Below, piece after piece: positions 1 through 10,140 of a DNA stretch of 64,000 bases. The position numbers and the translations under genes were made by a program. Every line of letters starts with the position of its first letter. Within the stretch, counting starts at the first letter, position 1. The DNA comes from Alphaproteobacteria bacterium (lineage in GTDB: Bacteria; Pseudomonadota; Alphaproteobacteria; UBA828). The notes beneath the pieces were generated by a model that made no database searches, had not been told where the DNA came from, and was given only the letters and a program-made list of their open reading frames with translations. The stretch lies in NCBI GenBank assembly GCA_963422645.2, contig CAXXVO010000009.1, forward strand, positions 406,378 to 470,377, in the 5' to 3' direction.

Positions 1-2
1 CC

Positions 3-1268
3 GCTGACGCCACGACGTGGCAGTTCAACCTGCGCCAGGGCGTCGAGTTCCACAACGGCAAGACGATGGACGCGAACGACGTCATGGCGTCCATCAGCCA
101 CCATCGCGGCGATACGTCTAAGTCGCCCGCCAAGGAGCTGCTCAAGTCCATCGTCGAGATGAAGGCGGAGGGCGCGAACGCGGTGGTCTTCACGCTGAGC
201 GAGGGCAACGCGGACTTCCCGTTCATCCTGAGCGACTATCACATTCCGATCATGCCGGTGTCCGAGCACGGGGTGGATTGGCAGTCCGGCACCGGCACGG
301 GCGCCTACGTGCTGGAGAGCTTCGAGCCCGGCGTGCGCTCCACGCTGAAGCGCAACCCCAACTTCTTCAAGGAAGGGTTCGGACACTTCGACGAGGTGGA
401 GATCATCACCGTCGCCGACGTGGCGGCGCGCACCAACGCGCTGACCACCGGCGAGATCGACGCCATGGACCGGGTCGATCTCAAGACCGCGCACCTGCTG
501 GAGCGCCAGGAGGGCGTGAGGCTGGTCGAGACCAGCGGCACGCAGCACTTCACCTTCACGATGCGCTGCGACACGCCGCCCTTCGACAACGTCGACGTCC
601 GGCTCGCGCTGAAACACGCGATCGATCGCGAAGCCATCGTCAGGACGATCCTGCGCGGTCACGGCACTCTCGGCAACGACCATCCGATCAGCTCGTCCAA
701 CCGCTATCACGCCGGCAACCTCGCGCAGCGGGCGTACGATCCCGACAAGGCGAAGCACCACCTCAAGCAGGCGGGCATGGAGGGCCTTTCGATCGACCTC
801 AGCGCTGCGGACGCGGCGTTTGCGGGCGCGGTCGACGCGGCAGTGCTCTACAAGGAGCATGCGGCCGCGGCCGGCATCAACATCAACGTGGTGCGCGAAC
901 CGGACGACGGCTACTGGTCCAACGTCTGGATGGTGAAGCCCTACTGCGCAGTCTACTGGGGCGGACGCCCGACCGAGGACTGGATGTTCTCGGTCGCCTA
1001 CGCGTCGGACGCGGCGTGGAACGACAGCTTCTGGAATCACGACATGTTCAACCAGTTGCTGGTCGCAGCCAGGTCCGAGTTGGACGAGGCGACGCGGCGC
1101 AGCATGTACGAGGAGATGCAGTCGATCGTCAGTGACGACGGCGGCGTCCTCATCCCCATGTTCGCCAACTACGTCATGGGCCTCTCCGACAAGGTCGGGC
1201 ACGGCCAGATAGCGGCGAACTGGTCGATGGACGGCTTCAAGTGCGCCGAGCGCTGGTGGTTCGTCTAG
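3..1268 (+). CDS. Opp/Dpp-family ABC transporter substrate-binding protein (5' end outside window)
   Basis: Frame is open from the window start (ADATTWQFNLRQGVEFHNGKTM...). Family 5 SBP features GTGAYVLESF and VRLALKHAIDRE; followed by permeases and an ATPase. Confidence 0.93.
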   Translation, partial: ADATTWQFNLRQGVEFHNGKTMDANDVMASISHHRGDTSKSPAKELLKSIVEMKAEGANAVVFTLSEGNADFPFILSDYHIPIMPVSEHGVDWQSGTGTGAYVLESFEPGVRSTLKRNPNFFKEGFGHFDEVEIITVADVAARTNALTTGEIDAMDRVDLKTAHLLERQEGVRLVETSGTQHFTFTMRCDTPPFDNVDVRLALKHAIDREAIVRTILRGHGTLGNDHPISSSNRYHAGNLAQRAYDPDKAKHHLKQAGMEGLSIDLSAADAAFAGAVDAAVLYKEHAAAAGININVVREPDDGYWSNVWMVKPYCAVYWGGRPTEDWMFSVAYASDAAWNDSFWNHDMFNQLLVAARSELDEATRRSMYEEMQSIVSDDGGVLIPMFANYVMGLSDKVGHGQIAANWSMDGFKCAERWWFV

Positions 1269-1292
1269 GTTAGCGAGCCGCCCTATGGCGGC

Positions 1293-2249
1293 ATGATCCA
1301 AATCGTCATCATGGTGGCCCAGCGCTTTGCGCTGGGCCTCCTCACCCTTTTCGCCGTCTCGCTGATCATATTCCTCGGCGTCGAGCTGTTGCCGGGAGAC
1401 ATCGCCCAGGCTCTCCTGGGCCAGGGAGCGACCGAGGAGACGGTCGCCGCGTTTCGCAGAGAGCTCGGGCTAAACCTGCCGCCGCACGAGCGCTATATCG
1501 ACTGGCTCGGCGGCATCCTGCAGGGCGATCTCGGTAAATCCCTCGCCAACAAGCGCGAGATTGCCGAGCTCATCGGCGTGCGGCTCGAGAACACGTTGTT
1601 TCTCGCCTTCATCAGCGCGGTCATCTCGATACCGCTCGCGCTCGCCTTGGGGATTCTGGCTGCGCTCTACCGCAACACGTTCTACGACCGCGCGGTCAAC
1701 GTCTTCACGCTGTCATCGATCTCCTTTCCCGAGTTCTTCGTTGCCTACATCCTGATCCTGGTCATGGCGGTTCATCTCGGGTGGTTCCCGAGCATCTCCA
1801 ACATCGGCCAGGAACTGGGGATTTGGGAGCGGGTCTACCGCACCGTGCTCCCGGCGCTGACGCTGACGCTGGTGGTGGTCGCGCACATGATGCGGATGAC
1901 GCGCGCCGCGATCATCAACCTGCTGGCCAGTCCCTACATCGAGATGGCGACCCTCAAGGGCCTCTCGCGCGGGCGCATCATCGTCAAACACGCGCTCCCC
2001 AATGCGCTTGCACCGATCATCAACGTCGTCGTGATCAATCTCGCCTACCTGGTGGTGGGCGTCGTCATCGTCGAGGTTGTCTTCGTTTATCCGGGGCTGG
2101 GGCAGCTCCTCATCGACGCCGTGCGCGCGCGCGACCTGCCGGTCGTGCAGGCCACAGGACTGCTCTTCGCTGCCGCCTACATCCTGCTCAACCTGACCGC
2201 GGACGTGCTGTCGATCACGACGAACCCGCGGCTCCTGCATTCGCGCTAG
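1293..2249 (+). CDS. ABC transporter permease (DppB/OppB type)
   Basis: Hydrophobic 318 aa; GDLGKSL, EAA-like loop (YIEMATLKGLS...KHALPNA), VEVVFVYPGLGQL. Confidence 0.93.
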   Translation: MIQIVIMVAQRFALGLLTLFAVSLIIFLGVELLPGDIAQALLGQGATEETVAAFRRELGLNLPPHERYIDWLGGILQGDLGKSLANKREIAELIGVRLENTLFLAFISAVISIPLALALGILAALYRNTFYDRAVNVFTLSSISFPEFFVAYILILVMAVHLGWFPSISNIGQELGIWERVYRTVLPALTLTLVVVAHMMRMTRAAIINLLASPYIEMATLKGLSRGRIIVKHALPNALAPIINVVVINLAYLVVGVVIVEVVFVYPGLGQLLIDAVRARDLPVVQATGLLFAAAYILLNLTADVLSITTNPRLLHSR

Positions 2250-4223
2250 GCCGAACTTCCCCCCGGAAATGGGCTGATTTTCGGGGCTAAGCCGTTGATC
2301 TTACGGGCGTATCGGCCTTCGGCGCAGATGCAAAGTGTACCCATGTAAATGGAGAGAGGTGGTTGATATGAGGCGGGAGGTGGGCTATGTTCCGTCCCCA
2401 TGTATATCGAGAGCGTCCCAAACCGGAACTCCCCGCCCGCAATCCTCCTGCGCGAATCATGGCGCGCGGGCGGAAAAATCAGAAAACGCACCCTGGCCAA
2501 TCTGTCCAAGTGGCCGCCGCACCTGATCGACGGTCTGCGCATCCTGCTGCGCGGCGGAACCGCAGTGCCCCGAGGCGAGACGATCCGCGAGCACGACGGC
2601 TTCGACATCACCCGCTCGCGTCCCTTCGGCCATGTGGCAGCGGTGCTCGGCGCCCTGCGCGGCCTCGGTCTGGAACGGCTGATCGGCGCCAGGCGCTCGC
2701 GGCTGCGCGATCTCGTGGTGGCCATGATCGTCGCCCGCATCGTGGCGCCGCGCTCGAAGCTCGCCACCGCGCGCGGGCTCAGCGAGGACACGCTTGGCCA
2801 CGGCCTCGGCGAGGCGCTCGCCCTGGGCGAGGTCGGCGAAGACGAGCTCTACGAGGCGATGGACTGGCTACTGCAGCGCCAGCCCAGGATCGAGCGGGGT
2901 CTGGCCGAGCGTCATCTCGAGGACGGCGCGCTGGTGCTCTACGACGTCACTTCGACCTGGCTGGAGGGGCGCTGCTGTCCGCTGGCGCGTCACGGCTACT
3001 CCCGCGACGGCAAGCGCGGCAAGCTGCAGATCGTGTTCGGGCTTCTGTGCAACGCGCAGGGCTGCCCGGTGGCGGTGGAGGTGTTCGAGGGCAACACCGC
3101 CGATCCGGCCACACTGGGCACGCAGATCGACAAGCTGCGCCGGCGCTTCCGGCTTTCGCGGGTCGTTCTCGTGGGCGATCGCGGCATGCTCACCGAGGCG
3201 CGCATCCGCGAGGAGGTGAAGCCGGCCGGGCTGGAGTGGATCAGCGCGCTGCGGGCGCCGGCGATCCGCGAGCTGGCCTCCGGCGGGACGCTGCAGCTCT
3301 CGCTCTTCGACGAGCGCGCCCTGGCCGAGATCCATCATCCCGACTTCCCCGGCGAGCGCCTGATCGCCTGCCGCAACCCGCTGCTCGCCGAAGAGCGCGC
3401 GCGCAAGCGCGAGGCCCTGCTCCAGGCCACCGAGAGCGATCTCGACGCGATCCGTGCGGCAACCCGGCGCGACAAGCGCCGTCTCGCCGGCAAGGACAAG
3501 ATCGGGCTGCGCGTGGGCAAGGTCATCGGCAAGCACAAGGTCGGAAAGCACTTCGACCTGGAGATCGCCGATGACGGCTTCGCCTGGCGGCGCAACGCAG
3601 AGCGGATCGCCGAAGAGGCGGCGCTCGATGGCCTCTACGTCATCCGCACCAGCCTGTCCGAGCGCGAGCTCGGGGCCGAGGACACGGTGCGCGCCTACAA
3701 GGGATTGAGCCGCATCGAGCGCGCCTTCCGAAGCGTCAAGACGGTCGACCTCAAGGTGCGGCCCATCCACCACTATCGGCCTGAGCGCGTGCGCGCCCAC
3801 GTCCTGCTGTGCATGCTCGCCTACCATGTCGAGTGGCACATGCGCCAAAGGCTCGCCCCCATCCTGTTCGACGAGGACGACCCGGCGGGCGCGGACGCCG
3901 CGCGCGCCTCCATCGTCGCACCGGCAAAGCCCTCGCCTTCGGCCCGGCGCAAGGCCGCCGCCAAGCGCACACCAGACGGCGTGCCGGTGCATAGCTTCCG
4001 CACCCTCCTCGAAGACCTGGCGACCATCGCCAGGAACAGAGTTCAGCCGAAACTGCCCGGAGCACCGCCCTTCGACCTGGTCACCAAACCGACGAAGCTG
4101 CAGCGCCAGGCGCTCGACCTGCTCGGCGTCAGCCTGTAGCGTACCCAGTACGCGACTCCGCGAAACGGTGCTTTCCAAAGCAACCGCAATGGCTTAGCTC
4201 AATATCCGCTCCGGAAGTTCAGT
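2250..4223 (+). mobile_element. IS1634-family insertion sequence
   Basis: CTAG is duplicated at 2246-2249 and 4224-4227. Imperfect TIRs GCCGAACTTCC / GGAAGTTCAGT; subterminal inverted motif GCTAAGCCGTTG / CAATGGCTTAGC; a single transposase ORF. Confidence 0.88.
2400..4139 (+). CDS. IS1634-family DDE transposase
   Basis: 579 aa; MYIESVPNRNSPPAILLRES N-terminus, LYDVTSTWLEG, HGYSRDGK, VGDRGM, YKGLSRIERAFR; intact. Confidence 0.9.
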   Translation: MYIESVPNRNSPPAILLRESWRAGGKIRKRTLANLSKWPPHLIDGLRILLRGGTAVPRGETIREHDGFDITRSRPFGHVAAVLGALRGLGLERLIGARRSRLRDLVVAMIVARIVAPRSKLATARGLSEDTLGHGLGEALALGEVGEDELYEAMDWLLQRQPRIERGLAERHLEDGALVLYDVTSTWLEGRCCPLARHGYSRDGKRGKLQIVFGLLCNAQGCPVAVEVFEGNTADPATLGTQIDKLRRRFRLSRVVLVGDRGMLTEARIREEVKPAGLEWISALRAPAIRELASGGTLQLSLFDERALAEIHHPDFPGERLIACRNPLLAEERARKREALLQATESDLDAIRAATRRDKRRLAGKDKIGLRVGKVIGKHKVGKHFDLEIADDGFAWRRNAERIAEEAALDGLYVIRTSLSERELGAEDTVRAYKGLSRIERAFRSVKTVDLKVRPIHHYRPERVRAHVLLCMLAYHVEWHMRQRLAPILFDEDDPAGADAARASIVAPAKPSPSARRKAAAKRTPDGVPVHSFRTLLEDLATIARNRVQPKLPGAPPFDLVTKPTKLQRQALDLLGVSL

Positions 4224-4248
4224 CTAGGAAGAGCGGCGAGGCGCCAAG

Positions 4249-5079
4249 ATGCGGGAGACCCTCAAGCATCTCCGAAAGTCGCCGTGGAGCGCCCGGTTCG
4301 GGCTGCTCGTCGTCAGCTTCTACGTGTTCGTCGCGATCTTCGGGCCCCTGCTGTCCCCCTACGGCGAATCAGAGATCGTCGGTTTCGAGTACGAGCCCTG
4401 GGGCGCCGAGTTCCTGCTAGGCACCGACAATCTGGGGCGCGACATGCTGACCCGCCTCATCTATGGCGCCCGCAACACCATCGGCATCGCGTTCCTGACG
4501 ACCCTGCTGGCCTTCCTCATCGGCTGCGTGGCGGGCTTCCTGGCCGCCGTGGTGGGCGGTTGGACCGAGCAGGCGATCAGCCGCGTGAACGACATCCTGA
4601 TGGCGATCCCGCAGCTCATCTTCGCGCTGTTGATCCTCACCATCGCCGGCACGTCGATCCCGGTCTTGGTCGTCGTCATCGCCGTGCTCGATTCCACGCG
4701 CGTCTATCGGCTGGCGCGGGCGGTCGCGATGAACATCGTGGTCATGGACTACGTCGAGGTCGCGCGCCTCCGGGGCGAGGGGCTGTGGTGGATCATGCGG
4801 AGCGAGGTGCTGCCCAATGCGCTGCCGCCACTGGTGGCCGAGTTCGGGCTGCGCTTCTGCTTCGTCTTCCTGCTGCTGAGCGCGCTCAGCTTCCTCGGCC
4901 TCGGCATTCAGCCGCCCACGGCCGACTGGGGCAGCATGGTGCGCGACAACGCCACGCTGATCACCTTTGGCGACTTCACGCCGATCCTGCCGGCGGCCTC
5001 CATCGCGCTGCTCACCATCGGCGTGAACTTCATCGTCGACTGGCTCCTGCACAAGTCGTCGGGGCTGAAGGATGCCTAG
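4249..5079 (+). CDS. ABC transporter permease (DppC/OppC type)
   Basis: LLGTDNLGRDMLTRLIYGAR and LSFLGLGIQPPTADWG motifs. Confidence 0.93.
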   Translation: MRETLKHLRKSPWSARFGLLVVSFYVFVAIFGPLLSPYGESEIVGFEYEPWGAEFLLGTDNLGRDMLTRLIYGARNTIGIAFLTTLLAFLIGCVAGFLAAVVGGWTEQAISRVNDILMAIPQLIFALLILTIAGTSIPVLVVVIAVLDSTRVYRLARAVAMNIVVMDYVEVARLRGEGLWWIMRSEVLPNALPPLVAEFGLRFCFVFLLLSALSFLGLGIQPPTADWGSMVRDNATLITFGDFTPILPAASIALLTIGVNFIVDWLLHKSSGLKDA

Positions 5080-6763
5080 CGTGGGGAGCGAGAGCGGCGC
5101 GCGCGAGCCCCTGCTTACGATGACGGGACTCCGCATCGAAGGGCAGGCCGACGAGGAGTGGCACGAGATCGTGCACGGCGTCGACGTGGTGCTTCACCGC
5201 GGCGAAGTGCTGGGGCTGATCGGCGAGTCAGGGGCCGGCAAGTCCACCATCGGGCTCGCGGCCATGGGCTTCGCCCGGCCAGGCTGCCGGCTCACTGGCG
5301 GCGATATCGTGTTCGACGGTGTGGAGCTGCGCAGCGCCCCGCGAGATCACAATCGGGCCCTTCGGGGCGCCCGCATCGCTTACGTCGCCCAGAGCGCGGC
5401 AGCTGCGTTCAACCCGGCGCACCGGCTCATCGACCAGTTCACCGAGGCCCCGGTGCGCCACAAGATCAAGTCGCGGGCCGCAGCGGAGGCGGACGCCAAG
5501 GACCTTTTCGGCACGCTTCGGCTCCCGGAGCCCGAGAAGATCGGCTACCGCTATCCGCACCAGGTTTCCGGCGGCCAGCTTCAGCGCGCCATGGTCGCAA
5601 TGGCCATGGCGTGCCGCCCCGACCTCATCGTCTTCGACGAGCCGACGACGGCGCTCGACGTGACCACGCAGATCGAGGTGCTGGCAGCGGTCAAGGACGT
5701 CATCAGGCAGCTCGATACGGCGGCCATCTATATCAGCCACGATCTCGCCGTCGTCGCCCAGATGGCGGACCGCATCATGGTGCTGCGCCACGGCAACCTC
5801 GTGGAAGAGGGAACGGCCGACAGCATCGTCAATCGCCCGGAGCAGGAGTACACGCAGCGGCTGCTCGCGGTTCGCACCTACCGAAAACCCGTCGCGGAGC
5901 CGACGCGGGAGGAGCCACTCCTGCGCATCGAAGGCATCGCCGCGCGCTACCGCCGGTCCGCGCGCGTGCTGGAAGGCGTCGATCTCGACATCGGCCGGCA
6001 GCGTACGGTCGCGATCGTGGGCGAGTCAGGCAGCGGGAAGAGCACGCTCGCGCGCGTCGTCACCGGGCTGCTGCCGCCGGAGGAAGGCCGGCTCGTGTTC
6101 GACGGCGACGTGCTGGCACCGGCGCTCGCCCGACGGCCGCGCGAGCAGCTCCGCCGCCTGCAGATGATCCATCAGATGCCGGACACGGCCTTGAATCCGC
6201 GCCAGCGCACGCGCGATGTCGTCGGCCGCCCGCTCACGTTCTATGCCGGGTTGCACGGCCGGGGACGCGAAGACCGGGTGCGCGAGCTCCTGACCATGGT
6301 CGAGCTCGAGCCCGAGGAGTTCATCGACCGCTACCCGGCCGAGCTCTCCGGCGGCCAGAAGCAGCGGGTGTGCATCGCCCGCGCGCTCGCCGCACAGCCG
6401 GACCTGATCATCTGCGACGAGGTGACATCGGCGCTCGACCAGCTGGTGGCCGAGCGAGTCCTGCAGCTCTTGCAGCGCCTTCAGGACGAACTCGGCGTCT
6501 CCTACATGTTCATCACGCACGATTTCGCGACCGTGCGGGCGATCTCCGACGAGATCGTGGTCATGTTCCAGGGACGCATCGTTGAGCAGGGCCCGAGAAA
6601 CGACGTGCTGACGCCGCCTCACCACGAATACACGGACCTGCTGCTCTCCTCGGTGCCGGAAATGAAGATCGGCTGGCTGGATCGGACACTCGCAGAACGC
6701 AGGGAGGGTCAAGCGGATGGCAAAGAGGGCTTGAAGGGAGGCACGCCGCCCGCTCATAGTTGA
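5072..6763 (+). CDS. ABC transporter ATP-binding protein, two fused NBDs (DppD/F type)
   Basis: Two Walker A motifs (GESGAGKS, GESGSGKS), two SGGQ signatures, DEPTTALD and DEVTSALD. Confidence 0.94.
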   Translation: MPSVGSESGAREPLLTMTGLRIEGQADEEWHEIVHGVDVVLHRGEVLGLIGESGAGKSTIGLAAMGFARPGCRLTGGDIVFDGVELRSAPRDHNRALRGARIAYVAQSAAAAFNPAHRLIDQFTEAPVRHKIKSRAAAEADAKDLFGTLRLPEPEKIGYRYPHQVSGGQLQRAMVAMAMACRPDLIVFDEPTTALDVTTQIEVLAAVKDVIRQLDTAAIYISHDLAVVAQMADRIMVLRHGNLVEEGTADSIVNRPEQEYTQRLLAVRTYRKPVAEPTREEPLLRIEGIAARYRRSARVLEGVDLDIGRQRTVAIVGESGSGKSTLARVVTGLLPPEEGRLVFDGDVLAPALARRPREQLRRLQMIHQMPDTALNPRQRTRDVVGRPLTFYAGLHGRGREDRVRELLTMVELEPEEFIDRYPAELSGGQKQRVCIARALAAQPDLIICDEVTSALDQLVAERVLQLLQRLQDELGVSYMFITHDFATVRAISDEIVVMFQGRIVEQGPRNDVLTPPHHEYTDLLLSSVPEMKIGWLDRTLAERREGQADGKEGLKGGTPPAHS

Positions 6764-6812
6764 TATGACTTGGTCGGTCAGACCGAGGGTGTTGGCGGAA
6801 GGAGGACATGCC

Positions 6813-7391
6813 GTGGGTCGAGCTGCGAGATTGGCTGACGAATTGGCGGCTCTGAGCGACCCGCGCATGCAGGCGTCGACGGTGTGGACTCTGCCTGCGC
6901 GATGGTACGCCGATCCCGAGATCTACGAGGCGGAACGGCGGCGCATCTTCTCGCGCGAGTGGCTCTGGATCGGGCGCGAGACGGAGGTCGCCGAGCCGGG
7001 CCAGTACGTGACGGCCGCTCCTGCGGGGTTCCCGCTCTTCGTGCGCCGCGCCGAGGATGGCACGCTCCGCGCGTTCCACAACGTGTGCCGGCACCGGGCC
7101 TCCAAGCTGCTCACGGAGCCGAGCCGGCATTGCAACACCATCGAGTGCCCCTATCACGGCTGGCGCTACCGCTCGGACGGCGCGCTCGACCATGTGCCGC
7201 TCTTCGGCGAGGCGCCGGCGGACTACGGCACCCAGCTCGCCAGGGAGGACATCGGGATCGTGGAGGTGGTCCAGCAGAATCTGAACGCCGGCGTGTACGA
7301 GCGCGGGCCGCTCAGCCCGCGTCACGAGAACGGCCTCCTTCACTTCCACGAGATGGTGCGCGAAGCGATCGGCCCGGCGGTGGAAGCTTAG
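6813..7391 (+). pseudogene. Rieske non-heme oxygenase alpha subunit (choline monooxygenase-like) with in-frame internal deletion
   Basis: GGAGG RBS at 6801, GTG at 6813. The Rieske motif NVCRHR...CPYHGW is followed almost at once by the C-terminal tail REDIGIVEVVQQNL...HENGLLHFH; about 190 aa versus the usual 350 or more. Confidence 0.75.
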
Positions 7392-7394
7392 AAC

Positions 7395-8501
7395 TTAGAG
7401 TTCGCTGACCGCGTGGGCAGCGTTCTCCAGCCATTCTGAGCGGACCCTAATCCCCCAGCCGGGGCCGCCCGGAATCTCGACCTTACCGTCCCGCGCAACC
7501 GGAATCTCGTCATAGATGCCGTATTGCCAGGGATAGAAGTCGGCCTCCTCGATGGAGAACTCGACGTAGGGCCCCGCGTTCTCCAGCGCGCCCATCAGGT
7601 GCAGGGTGAAGATCGTGACCAGAGACATGTTCGCGGCGTGCGGCGTGACCGGCATGCCGGCCGCCTCGGCCATGCGCGCAACGCGGAGGAAGCGCTCGAC
7701 GCCACCCACGTAGCAGACATCGGGCTGGGCCACGTCCATCGTCCGGCTGTCGATCAGGAACTGCCAGAGGGTGAGGTTGTTGTCCTGCTCGCCGCCGGTC
7801 ACGTCCAGCTCGAGCGCGTTCTTGACCTCTCGCGTCCAGGCCGGCTTCCAGTAGGGGCAGGGCTCCTCGAAGTGGCACACCCCATTCTCTTCCAGAACCT
7901 CGCCGAGCGCGATCGCCTGCTCAGGCGCGTAGCAGCTGTTCGCGTCGACCAGCAGCGCGACATCGTCGCCGAGCGCGCGACGGACCTCCCGCACGATCGC
8001 CTCGGAACGGCCGGGCCAATGGTCCCGCCCGCGGCCGCATTCCGCGCCCACGCGGAACTTGAAGGCGTCGTAGCCGTGACGCTCGCGCAGCCTGAGGAAG
8101 CGCTCGGCCTCCGCCTCCGGCGTGATGTCCCGCTGCATGCTGGAGGCGTAGACCCGAAGCGCGCGCGGAGAGCCGCCCAGGAGCGCGCAGACGCTCTTGC
8201 TCTCGAGCTTGCCGTGGAGATCCCAGATCGCGGTGTCGAGTCCGCCCAGCGCCCGGCACAGGTGTGAGCCCGGGAACTTGTGCTCCTTCTCGCAGATCAG
8301 GTCGAGCAGGTCCCCCAGTTCGTCGAGCGCCGAGATGTCCTGGCCGAGCGCCCAGGGCGCGATCTGCCGGTGAAGCACGGTTGCGGAAATGTCGGCATGG
8401 TAGGTCGAGACCTGTCCCCAGCCTTCGGCGCCATCGTCGCTGGTGACGCGCGTGAGGCCGACCTCGCGGGTGCAGAACGTCTCGATCTTCTGAATCTTCA
8501 T
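7395..8501 (-). CDS. Mandelate racemase/muconate lactonizing (enolase superfamily) enzyme
   Basis: [42 protein letters not shown] motifs. Confidence 0.9.
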   Translation of the reverse strand: MKIQKIETFCTREVGLTRVTSDDGAEGWGQVSTYHADISATVLHRQIAPWALGQDISALDELGDLLDLICEKEHKFPGSHLCRALGGLDTAIWDLHGKLESKSVCALLGGSPRALRVYASSMQRDITPEAEAERFLRLRERHGYDAFKFRVGAECGRGRDHWPGRSEAIVREVRRALGDDVALLVDANSCYAPEQAIALGEVLEENGVCHFEEPCPYWKPAWTREVKNALELDVTGGEQDNNLTLWQFLIDSRTMDVAQPDVCYVGGVERFLRVARMAEAAGMPVTPHAANMSLVTIFTLHLMGALENAGPYVEFSIEEADFYPWQYGIYDEIPVARDGKVEIPGGPGWGIRVRSEWLENAAHAVSEL

Positions 8502-8519
8502 GGGCCAGCCCACACCTGC

Positions 8520-9638
8520 TTATTCCGGAAAGACGATGACATGGCGCAGATCGCGGGAGCGCCGCGCAAGCGCGAGCGCTTCGTTGATCTCGTCCAGAGG
8601 CCCGCGCGAGGCAACCAGCTCGTCGAGCCTGAGCCGGCCGCTTCGATAGAGCCGGAACAGCCTCGGCACGTCGATGCGGAGTCTGGCGTCACCCATCTTG
8701 CAGCCGAGAATCCTCTGACCGAAGTGCGCGAGGTCGGTCGCGTTCAGGCTGACCCGCTGGTCGTGAGGCGGCATGCCCACCACCACCAGCGCCCCCTTTG
8801 GCGCAAGCAGCGGCAGCGCCCGCTCGATGGCCCGGGCATTGCCCACCGCCGTCATCACCACGTCGAAGCCGCGACCGTCGGTCAGCGCGAGCGCCCGGTC
8901 GGTGGCGTTCTCGCCCGTGGCGTCGATCGCGTCCGTCGCCCCGAATGCCCGCGCCTGCTCCAGCTTGTCGTCAGTGACGTCGATGGCCACGAGCGGTAGG
9001 GCGCCGGCGAGCGCAGCGCCCTGAACGCAGTTGAGACCGACCCCGCCGCAGCCGACCACCGCGACCGCATCGCCCACTTGCACCTTCGCGGTGTTGATGG
9101 CCGCGCCGAAGCCGGTGATGACACCGCAAGAGAGCAGGCAAGCGACATCGTCTGCGACCTGCGCCGGCAGCGTCACGACTTGCGAGATATCGACCACCAC
9201 GCTCTCGGCGAAGCCGCCGACGCGGAGCCCGGCTCGAACCGGCCGGCCCTGCTCATCACTCAGACGCGGAGCGGAATCGATGCCGAACGCGGTCACGCAC
9301 TGGGCCGGGCTGCCGGCCTCGCAGCATTCGCAGCGCCCGCACGAGCGCAGCAGCGAGACGAGCACGCGGTCGCCCGCACAGATGTCACCCGGCGGCACCG
9401 ACGGGCCGAGGCCGGTGACGATTCCCGCCAGCTCGTGCCCGAACACGGCCGGCAGCGCGTCTCCCCCGCCCCAGCCGCCGTCCATGTAGGTGATGTCCGA
9501 GTGGCAGATCGAGCTTGCGCGCACCTTGACCCGAATCTCGCTGCCCTCGGGCGGCGCGAGCCGCAGCGTCTCGATGGAAAGCGGCTCACCGAATGCGCGG
9601 CAGACCGCGGCGCGTATCTCGATCGTGCCTGACGTCAT
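8520..9638 (-). CDS. Zn-dependent alcohol dehydrogenase (MDR family)
   Basis: ICHSD, GHELAG, CGRCECC structural Zn site, GCGGVG nucleotide-binding motif. Confidence 0.92.
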   Translation of the reverse strand: MTSGTIEIRAAVCRAFGEPLSIETLRLAPPEGSEIRVKVRASSICHSDITYMDGGWGGGDALPAVFGHELAGIVTGLGPSVPPGDICAGDRVLVSLLRSCGRCECCEAGSPAQCVTAFGIDSAPRLSDEQGRPVRAGLRVGGFAESVVVDISQVVTLPAQVADDVACLLSCGVITGFGAAINTAKVQVGDAVAVVGCGGVGLNCVQGAALAGALPLVAIDVTDDKLEQARAFGATDAIDATGENATDRALALTDGRGFDVVMTAVGNARAIERALPLLAPKGALVVVGMPPHDQRVSLNATDLAHFGQRILGCKMGDARLRIDVPRLFRLYRSGRLRLDELVASRGPLDEINEALALARRSRDLRHVIVFPE

Positions 9639-9844
9639 GGCGCACTCGACCTCCCGATGCGAAGGAGGACGCAGCCCCGCGCTCCCCCGACCTCAGGCGC
9701 ACACTGTCGGTGCAAGTCTTTCCTGACAAGCCAACCCGCGTGCCGATATTGCGCACGCTGGGCAGCTTTGCGAGAGTCGATCCGGCGCGCGGCGAGACGC
9801 TCGATCGCGCGCCGGGAGAGGACCACCGGAGCAGGGAGGTCACG

Positions 9845-10096
9845 ACGCCGCTACTGGAGAACAAGGACCTCGCGGTCGCCGACATCTACGTGCCGGCCAA
9901 GCGCCGCCGGACGCTCAAGCAGGAGACGGTCGACGCGCTCGCCGAGAGCATTCTCGAAGACGGACTGAAGGTGCCGATCCTGGTGCGGCAGGACCGCTCG
10001 CGCTACGTGCTCGTGGAAGGCCTGCACCGGCTCGAGGCGTGCAAGGCGCTCGGCGAGGAGTTGATCGCCTGCACCATGGTCCAGGCCCGGAGCTGA
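9845..10096 (+). CDS. Small standalone ParB/Srx N-terminal domain protein (start uncertain)
   Basis: LAESILEDGLKVPILVR...LVEGLHRLEACKALG motif. The GGAGGT RBS at 9835-9840 precedes ACG codons; in-frame GTG/TTG codons further upstream lack an obvious RBS. Confidence 0.75.
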   Translation, partial: TPLLENKDLAVADIYVPAKRRRTLKQETVDALAESILEDGLKVPILVRQDRSRYVLVEGLHRLEACKALGEELIACTMVQARS

Positions 10097-10140
10097 CGGG
10101 CGCGGCAGGCAGGCCGCGATGAGCCACGGATGAGGAGCGC

